From the NCBI RefSeq assembly GCF_000025925.1, contig NC_014033.1, forward strand, positions 3,240,001 to 3,272,000: a stretch of 32,000 nucleotides of DNA, given 5' to 3'. The notes below the pieces were generated by a model. The model saw nothing but the letters and a program-made list of their open reading frames with translations. It had not been told where the DNA came from and ran no database searches. Shown piece after piece: positions 26,199 through 32,000 of this stretch (its first letter is position 1; every line of letters begins with the position of its first letter). Made by a program: the position numbers and the translations under genes. The DNA is from Xylanibacter ruminicola 23. GTDB taxonomy: Bacteria > Bacteroidota > Bacteroidia > Bacteroidales > Bacteroidaceae.

Positions 26199-27305
26199 AT
26201 GAAGAATATCATAAAATCATCACTTCTGCTTCTCTGCAGTGTTGCTTTCTTGGCAGCCTGCTCAGACGACAACGATTCTAATCCTACGCTGCAGAATCCT
26301 TCAACGTTCACTCTGAACGAGCCAGGCTATGCATCACTAATCGTTGATTTGGCTACATCCGAGGGTATCCCCTTCACATGGTCGCAGCCTGATTATGGAT
26401 TCCCTGTTGCTGCCGAATACCAGTTACAGGTATCACTCGATGGAAACTTTACCACCGACTTGGCTGATGTAGAGGAAGGCAATGAGACAACTGCCAATTT
26501 TGCTACACTTGCCAGCTATTATAATGTGCCCAGTGGTAGCATCATTCCCGATCAGCTCTCTAACGCTATCAACGCTATGAGCGGCTGGGACGGTGAGACT
26601 GTTCCTCAGGTAGCAACTGTTTATGTACGTGCTACTGCTACTACCGCAGGTGCTCCTGTTATCTACTCTAACGTAGTGCAGATTAAGGTTGTGCCTAACC
26701 TCGTGGTTGCTCCTTCTTATAAGGAATTCATTTATGAGATTGGTAACGAGAGTGGATGGGGTACTTCTTATGCTATGCGCAGTCCTGATCAGGATGGTAT
26801 TTATGTATCTTACAACTGGCTCGATGGCGCCTTCAAGTTCAAGCCAAATGAGAACAGTTGGGATGGCGACTGGGGTCAGGATCCTAATGGCGACTTTGGT
26901 ACTCTTGTTGTTGACGGCGAGGAAGACTGTAACAAGGCCGATGGCTCATTCCCCGATAATGTTCAGCCTGCTGGATTCTACAAGATTCAGGTAAGTCTCG
27001 TTGATATGACTTGGAGCATCACTCCTATCACAAATGTCAGCATCATTGGTGGATTCAATGATTGGGCAGGTGATGTAGAGATGACATGGAATGCCGATGA
27101 GCATTGCTGGGAGACTACTACCAGTGCTGTTTCTGGTGAGTTCAAGTTCCGTGCTAACCATGCTTGGGATATCAACTGGGGTGGTGATTCGTTCGATGAA
27201 CTGAAACAGGATGGTGCAAACCTCAGTATCGATGCCGGTACCTATAAGTTCCAGCTCTATCTCACTTACGATGGTGGTTCTAAGGTTGTTATCACAGCTC
27301 AGTAA
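26199..27305 (+). CDS. susE: SusE-like surface lipoprotein with C-terminal starch-binding-type domains
   Basis: Lipobox LAAC followed by the acidic stretch SDDNDS. The N-terminus is SusE-like (FTWSQPDYGFPVAAEYQLQVS). The two C-terminal domains are paralogous to those of the next gene. Confidence 0.8.
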   Translation: MKNIIKSSLLLLCSVAFLAACSDDNDSNPTLQNPSTFTLNEPGYASLIVDLATSEGIPFTWSQPDYGFPVAAEYQLQVSLDGNFTTDLADVEEGNETTANFATLASYYNVPSGSIIPDQLSNAINAMSGWDGETVPQVATVYVRATATTAGAPVIYSNVVQIKVVPNLVVAPSYKEFIYEIGNESGWGTSYAMRSPDQDGIYVSYNWLDGAFKFKPNENSWDGDWGQDPNGDFGTLVVDGEEDCNKADGSFPDNVQPAGFYKIQVSLVDMTWSITPITNVSIIGGFNDWAGDVEMTWNADEHCWETTTSAVSGEFKFRANHAWDINWGGDSFDELKQDGANLSIDAGTYKFQLYLTYDGGSKVVITAQ

Positions 27306-27320
27306 TTCATAAACGTCAAA

Positions 27321-28709
27321 ATGATAATGAGTATGAAAAAAATATTGTCAATGATGGGTATAGCCCTGCTGATGGCAAGCTGTACCGAAGATTATAAGGA
27401 TTGGGCCGCCCCTATTGCCAATGGCCCTGAGGATGCTATCAGTGTAGGCTTCACAGCCTCTCCCTCGAGTGCAATTAACTTTGCCGACTATACTGAAGAC
27501 ACCTATAAACTGTTCGATGCTACGATTACAGGCGTTGAGGGTGCTACAGCAACGTATGGCGCTGAGATTACAAACGAGGATGGTAGCAAGGCTATCACTC
27601 TGGAGTTGGACGAGAACAATAACGTGAATACGGCCGAACTGGAGAGCGCAGTATACGCTCTCTGGGGCCGCCGTCCCGTAGCTCGCACCATTCCTGTTAA
27701 TATTGCAGCCCTTATCAATGTTAATGGCGTTTCGTATGCTTCTCAGGGTTCTACTACCCTCACAGCTACACCTAACGCACCAGAGATTGAGGAGGCTTAC
27801 TATATCACAGGTACAGTAAATGGTTGGGATAACACAAATACCGATTATGAACTGTCGAATGGTGGTGCCGATCCTTACGAGAACTCTATCTTCACAGTGA
27901 TGATTCCTGGCGAAAAGGTTACTGGCGATATCGAGTTCAAGGTTACACCAAAGTCGGGTATCGGTGGCGACTGGAGCAAGTGCCTCACCGCATCTGATAA
28001 CGAGGGCGTATTTGCTACCAATAACAAGGGTGGAAACCTTAAGGTGGCTTATGTAGAGGGTGCAAAGTTCTATCGCATTACCTTTGATATGATGAACCAG
28101 GCATGGAGTAGCGAAGCTCTGAAGTTTGGTGACTACTTCTACGAGATTGGTAACGAAAGTGGTTGGGGAACTGCTCACGCACTTTATGGCGCTAATGGTG
28201 ATGGTAAGTTCTTGGGATACTACTATCTGGATGGCGAGTTCAAGTTCAAGCCAAATGCCGACGACTGGAATGATGACTTGGAGTATGTAAGTGGTGATAA
28301 CATGAGCGGAACTCTGCAGTCATCAGGTGGTCCTAACTGTCCTGATCCAGGTGCTGGCTTCTACCAGATTAACCTCGATGCTGCTGCCATGACGTATAGC
28401 CTTACCAAGGTTGAAGTTATCAGTATTATCGGCGACTTCAATGGTTGGGGTGCTGATGTGGATATGACCTACAACAAGGAAGCTGGCTGTTGGGAGGCTA
28501 CTGCCGAGGTTAACGCCAATGGATTCAAGTTCCGCATGAACCACGACTGGGCAATCAGTTGGGGTGGCGCTAACGGCGATGGTAAGCTTTACGATAACCT
28601 GACTCAGAACAATGGTGCTAATATCGTTGTTGATGCTGCAGGTACCTATAAGTTCCAGCTCTATCTTAGCTGCGAGGGTAAGAATAAGGTTGTTATTACC
28701 AAACAGTAA
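27321..28709 (+). CDS. susF: SusF-like surface lipoprotein, paralogue of the preceding SusE-like gene
   Basis: Lipobox LMASC. The best start may be the ATG at 27333 (MKKILSMMG...). Blocks shared with the SusE-like protein are YEIGNESGWGT, LDG.FKFKPN, ISIIG.FN.W, FKFR.NH.W and AGTYKFQLYL. Confidence 0.75.
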   Translation: MIMSMKKILSMMGIALLMASCTEDYKDWAAPIANGPEDAISVGFTASPSSAINFADYTEDTYKLFDATITGVEGATATYGAEITNEDGSKAITLELDENNNVNTAELESAVYALWGRRPVARTIPVNIAALINVNGVSYASQGSTTLTATPNAPEIEEAYYITGTVNGWDNTNTDYELSNGGADPYENSIFTVMIPGEKVTGDIEFKVTPKSGIGGDWSKCLTASDNEGVFATNNKGGNLKVAYVEGAKFYRITFDMMNQAWSSEALKFGDYFYEIGNESGWGTAHALYGANGDGKFLGYYYLDGEFKFKPNADDWNDDLEYVSGDNMSGTLQSSGGPNCPDPGAGFYQINLDAAAMTYSLTKVEVISIIGDFNGWGADVDMTYNKEAGCWEATAEVNANGFKFRMNHDWAISWGGANGDGKLYDNLTQNNGANIVVDAAGTYKFQLYLSCEGKNKVVITKQ

Positions 28710-28720
28710 GCACGATTTCG

Positions 28721-28734
28721 TGCAACCGTTTGCA
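28721..28734. promoter_or_regulatory. Second LacI-type operator candidate, TGCAACCGTTTGCA (13 of 14 identical to the first site)
   Basis: The palindrome has one mismatched pair and extends to 16 bp with the flanking G/C. It ends 55 nt before the amylase -7 box. Confidence 0.5.
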
Positions 28735-28755
28735 CAAGATAACTTGCATAAAATG

Positions 28756-28787
28756 AGCCGCTTGGAGAATAACCAAGCGGCTTTTTT
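28756..28787 (+). terminator. Rho-independent terminator after the susF-like gene
   Basis: A perfect 10-bp stem, AGCCGCTTGG / CCAAGCGGCT, with a 7-nt loop, followed by T6. Confidence 0.85.
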
Positions 28788-28789
28788 CA

Positions 28790-28797
28790 TATCTTTG
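28790..28797 (+). promoter_or_regulatory. -7 promoter box TATCTTTG for the amylase gene
   Basis: Matches TAnnTTTG, 35 nt upstream of the ATG at 28833. Confidence 0.5.
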
Positions 28798-28832
28798 CAG
28801 CAAAATCAATAATACAGATAACTAAAAGGCAT

Positions 28833-30623
28833 ATGAGAAGATTTTACTCATCATTGATATTTTGTTTCGTTGTTCTTACAGCGATGGCGCAGGGCTGGCC
28901 CAAAAGTTATAGTGGTGTGATGCTGCAGGGGTTCTATTGGAACTCTTATGCCGATACGCAGTGGACACGTCTGGAGCGACAGGCCGACGATCTCGCGAAG
29001 GTGTTCGACCTGGTGTGGATTCCGCAGAGTGGTTACTGTGGCGGACAGTCGATGGGCTACGACGATCTGTATTGGTTCACCAACTATAACAGTTCATTTG
29101 GAACCGAGGCCGAATTACGCTCCATGATTAAAACTTTTAAGTATAAAGGTATCGGCACCATCGCTGATGTGGTGATTAATCACCGTCGTAATGTGTCATC
29201 ATGGACCGACTTCCCTGCTGAGACTTATAATGGCGTGACTTATCAGATGACTTATAATGATATCTGTAGCGACGATGAGGCTGCAAAGAACGGTCAGAAG
29301 GTTGGCCCGAATAAGGATACTGGCGAAGGCTGGGATGGCATGCGCGACCTGGATCACAAGAGCGAGAATGTGCAGACTAATGTCAAGGCTTATCTCAAGT
29401 TCCTTCTTAACGACCTGGGCTATACCGGATTCCGCTATGATATGGTGAAAGGTTATAGTGCCGAATTTACAAAGATGTATAACGAGGATAGTAAGCCACA
29501 GTTTTCTGTAGGTGAGTGTTGGGATAGCAGTAATACCATTAAGAACTGGATTGATGGTACCGGCAAAACCAGTGCTGCCTTTGATTTCCAATTCCGCTAT
29601 ACCGTTCGCAATGCTGCCAATGCTAGCGATTGGACTAAGTTGGGACAGCAGAATGATGGAAACTATCCGCTCATTAGTAAGAATTACGAGAATGCCAGCT
29701 ATAGTCAGTATGCAGTGACCTTTGTAGAGAATCACGATACCGAGAAGCGTCCTGATGCCGATCAGGATCCTATCAAAAAGGATACCTTGGCTGCTAATGC
29801 TTATCTGTTGGCTATGCCTGGTACCCCTTGTGTGTTCTTCACTCATTGGAAGGCTTATAAGCAGGAGATTGCCAATATGATTGCTGTGCGTAAGACTGTT
29901 GGTATCACCAACACGAGTGCTTATGTGAATATGGCTTCTAATAAAGACTATTATGCCGTGCAGACAACAGGTACAAAAGGTAAGCTGCTTGTTGTAGTGG
30001 GCACCGGTGCTGCAGGTTACACCCCCAACGGCAGTGAATGGAAGAAAGCCATTAGCGGATACCATTATGTATATTATGTGAGCGATCTTGATCCTGCAAC
30101 TATTGTTTATCCAGAGATCAATACCGAGGAAGAGAAAGATGGTGAATACGCTGGAGTTCCTGCTTTCTGTACCATGGAAGAGGGTGAGCGCTGTGCTTTC
30201 TTCGAGGCACCTGTCTCATGGGGTAGTCAGATATTTGTTTGGGCTTGGATGAACAATGGTGATGGCAAAGACTACCTTGGAACCGCCTGGCCTGGTGTTT
30301 CTGCCACTAAATTAGGAACTGCCGATAATGGTAACAGCGTTTGGAAGTGGACTGTAACGGGTGCTGTTAATCCCGATAACATTATTTTTAGTGGTGGTGG
30401 TATGCAGACGGAGAATATGAAATATACCAACGGCGGCTACTACTTTGGTAAAGACGGGTTGAAAGCCACTGTAACAGCCACGGCTATACGTCATATCGAT
30501 ATGACAGGTCAGCCTGCCGAGCATGCCGTCTTCGATCTTCAGGGCCGACAGGTAGGCACCACCAAGAGTTCGCTGAAACCTGGGGTTTACATTATTAATA
30601 AGCAGAAGTTCATAGTAAGATAG
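28833..30623 (+). CDS. GH13 alpha-amylase with a C-terminal CBM25/26-like starch-binding module and a short sorting-type tail
   Basis: GH13 conserved regions I-IV are present: DVVINHR, GFRYDMVKG, GECWD and FVENHD. The signal peptide (MRRFYSSLIFCFVVLTAMA) is SPI-type, not a lipobox. The C-terminal region contains AWPG and IIFSGGG. Confidence 0.9.
   Translation: MRRFYSSLIFCFVVLTAMAQGWPKSYSGVMLQGFYWNSYADTQWTRLERQADDLAKVFDLVWIPQSGYCGGQSMGYDDLYWFTNYNSSFGTEAELRSMIKTFKYKGIGTIADVVINHRRNVSSWTDFPAETYNGVTYQMTYNDICSDDEAAKNGQKVGPNKDTGEGWDGMRDLDHKSENVQTNVKAYLKFLLNDLGYTGFRYDMVKGYSAEFTKMYNEDSKPQFSVGECWDSSNTIKNWIDGTGKTSAAFDFQFRYTVRNAANASDWTKLGQQNDGNYPLISKNYENASYSQYAVTFVENHDTEKRPDADQDPIKKDTLAANAYLLAMPGTPCVFFTHWKAYKQEIANMIAVRKTVGITNTSAYVNMASNKDYYAVQTTGTKGKLLVVVGTGAAGYTPNGSEWKKAISGYHYVYYVSDLDPATIVYPEINTEEEKDGEYAGVPAFCTMEEGERCAFFEAPVSWGSQIFVWAWMNNGDGKDYLGTAWPGVSATKLGTADNGNSVWKWTVTGAVNPDNIIFSGGGMQTENMKYTNGGYYFGKDGLKATVTATAIRHIDMTGQPAEHAVFDLQGRQVGTTKSSLKPGVYIINKQKFIVR
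30195..30460 (+). other. CBM25/26-like starch-binding module within the amylase
   Basis: FFEAPVSWGSQIFVWAWM...YLGTAWPGVSATKL...NIIFSGGGMQTENM...GGYYF. This pattern is typical of starch-binding modules appended to amylases. The assignment is by eye only. Confidence 0.4.
30486..30620 (+). other. C-terminal tail of about 45 aa, a shortened T9SS-CTD-like sorting signal
   Basis: The protein ends ...AVFDLQGRQVGTTKSSLKPGVYIINKQKFIVR. The same pattern occurs at the C-terminus of the GH43 at 8951-10726. Confidence 0.5.
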
Positions 30624-30627
30624 TTAG

Positions 30628-31431
30628 TTAGTATTTGAGAAACGTGCGGACGGCAAACCAACAGTGTAGTAGCAAGGTTTGCACGCGTCCGTAATGATGC
30701 TCCATCACTCGGTATCGCTCCATGAGCGATTCGCGGTGGTGGAGTGTTGTTTGTCCCTCCTGGGTGTAGTTGGCCACTATCATGTGCAGGTTCAGCAGGG
30801 GCACATTCTCTTTGGCGGCTGCTTTCATCACTCGGATACACCAGTCAACATCGGCCGAATAGCGATACTGCATGTCGTAAGGTGTGGCAATGGCATAATC
30901 GGCACGGGCATAAAAAGCCTGATGGCATACCAGCATGCCCTGGCGGAACGATTTCCACGTAAGGTGTTCGGGTGGTGCCAGTCGGCGGTGGTGCAGGAAA
31001 TGCCCCTCGCCATCCACAATGTCGGTGTCGCCGTACGCAACTGCTGGCAGTTGCGAGGTGTTGGGTGATGGGTGGTTGGTGTCGGTGATTGCCAGCGCTA
31101 TGCGGGTGGCGATATCTGGTGCAGGCAGGAAATCGCCGGCATTCAGAAAACATACGTAATCGCCTGTGAGGCATCTCAGACCTTTGTTCATAGCATCGTA
31201 GATACCCTTGTCTGGCTCTGATATTACCTGTATCTGATGCCCGTTTTCGGCTGCATTCGATTGGGCAATGTAGTCGCTTACCAGTTTCAGCGTATCGTCA
31301 GTCGATGCACCATCAATAATCAGGTGCTCGATGTTGGGATAGTCCTGCTCAAGCACACTGTCGAGTGTACGTTTCAGCACCTTGGCTGCATTATAGGTAA
31401 TGGTAACGTATGTAATTCGTATCTCACTCAT
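30628..31431 (-). CDS. GT2-family glycosyltransferase (WcaE-like), part of a glycan biosynthesis operon
   Basis: MSEIRITYVTITYNAAKVLKRTLDSVLEQDYPNIEHLIIDGASTDDT...DKGIYDAMNKG...FLNAGD, a GT2 fold with DxD-type motifs. The ORF-track extension to 31539 starts at a GTG inside the upstream gene. Confidence 0.85.
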   Translation of the reverse strand: MSEIRITYVTITYNAAKVLKRTLDSVLEQDYPNIEHLIIDGASTDDTLKLVSDYIAQSNAAENGHQIQVISEPDKGIYDAMNKGLRCLTGDYVCFLNAGDFLPAPDIATRIALAITDTNHPSPNTSQLPAVAYGDTDIVDGEGHFLHHRRLAPPEHLTWKSFRQGMLVCHQAFYARADYAIATPYDMQYRYSADVDWCIRVMKAAAKENVPLLNLHMIVANYTQEGQTTLHHRESLMERYRVMEHHYGRVQTLLLHCWFAVRTFLKY

Positions 31432-31432
31432 A

Positions 31433-31990
31433 TTATAATTCAATCTTACAGTTCTGTCCGTCTTTCTTAACGATGTAGGCGGGATTACCGACGACGGTGC
31501 AGTTGTCGGGTACGTTCTTGGATACCACGGCGCCGGCACCGATGGTTACATGGTTGCCGATGGTGATGCCGCCAAAAACGGTGGCGCCGGTAAATATCTT
31601 CACATCATCACCGATGATGGGACGCTGCATCTTGCCGTCGTTGCCTAATGTTACCAGCTGCAGACAATAGAAATTGCTACCTATACGCTCAGCATTCAGG
31701 TAGGTGGCGTAGTTGTGCTCAAAGTGGGCACCAGGTCCGATGCTTGGGCACCAGATGTGGAGCGTAGGATCGGGGGGAAGCATCCATTTGATGAATACCG
31801 ATACATACTCGCCCAAGCGGTAATAAAACAGGTTGCGGAACACCTTCTGACGGGTGCATACCTTGATAAAAGCACCAATGCCACAGCCGTCGGCAGAGTA
31901 CTTCTCTAAATCGGGGGCTATCTTGCTGCGATTCGCCATATATAATATGATATGTGGAATCATGCGCAGGGTTGAGGCCGATAGTATCAC
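31433..31990 (-). CDS. Left-handed beta-helix (hexapeptide repeat) O-acetyltransferase, serine-acetyltransferase-like
   Basis: Hexapeptide repeats are present (IGDDVKIFTGATVFGGITIGNHVTIGAGAVVSKNVPDNCTVVGNPA). The stop codon lies 1 nt before the GT2 ATG. The start is uncertain: GTG at 31990, ATG at 31963 or ATG at 31939. The frame stays open to the window edge. Confidence 0.75.
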   Translation of the reverse strand: MILSASTLRMIPHIILYMANRSKIAPDLEKYSADGCGIGAFIKVCTRQKVFRNLFYYRLGEYVSVFIKWMLPPDPTLHIWCPSIGPGAHFEHNYATYLNAERIGSNFYCLQLVTLGNDGKMQRPIIGDDVKIFTGATVFGGITIGNHVTIGAGAVVSKNVPDNCTVVGNPAYIVKKDGQNCKIEL

Positions 31991-32000
31991 GGCTTGAGTC

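Noticed and set aside
30679-31174. A cluster of overlapping ORFs in several frames (30679-31068 +, 30845-31174 -, 30935-31159 + and others)
   Set aside because: This is an artefact of the locally high GC content within the GT2 gene. Only the GT2 frame shows recognisable protein motifs.
1-32000. Search for tRNA/rRNA genes, CRISPR arrays, IS elements, integrases, phage genes and known defence-system genes
   Set aside because: The longest non-coding gaps (1799-1982 and 21285-21500) are AT-rich promoter and terminator regions with no cloverleaf-like or repeat-spacer structure. Every large ORF is accounted for by a PUL or glycan-biosynthesis function.

Overview
This window is an almost fully coding chromosomal segment from a Bacteroidota genome. 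Several features point that way: SusC/SusD gene pairs, TAnnTTTG -7 promoter boxes, no Shine-Dalgarno sequences and lipoprotein signal peptides. A Prevotellaceae-like origin is only an inference.

Two polysaccharide utilization loci (PULs) lie back to back on the + strand.

PUL-1 (about nt 1-21,300) looks aimed at pectic arabinan/galactan or another arabinose-rich glycan. It encodes:
- an HTCS-like sensor that has no kinase or receiver module
- a SusC/SusD pair
- a lipoprotein built from three copies of an unrecognised domain
- four GH43 enzymes, two of them endo-arabinanase-like
- a GH53 endo-galactanase
- a BNR/sialidase-fold protein
- a CE7-type acetyl esterase and a second alpha/beta-hydrolase

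One gene on the opposite strand interrupts PUL-1. It encodes a P-loop kinase of the zeta-toxin type with a signal peptide.

PUL-2 (about nt 21,300-30,620) is a Sus-like starch locus: susC/D/E/F homologues plus a separately promoted GH13 alpha-amylase.

The last 1.4 kb is the 3' end of a minus-strand glycan-biosynthesis operon (GT2 glycosyltransferase plus a hexapeptide acetyltransferase), and its GC content is visibly higher.

I found no tRNA, rRNA, CRISPR array, IS element, integrase or recognisable defence system, and no obvious novel multi-gene system. The observations most worth following up are:
- two near-identical LacI-type palindromes that appear to wire the starch PUL to a regulator encoded elsewhere
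- the kinase-less membrane AraC regulator and a repeat array in its target promoter
- the triple-domain lipoprotein
- the orphan zeta-like kinase with a signal peptide
- a short C-terminal tail shared by two unrelated secreted glycosidases
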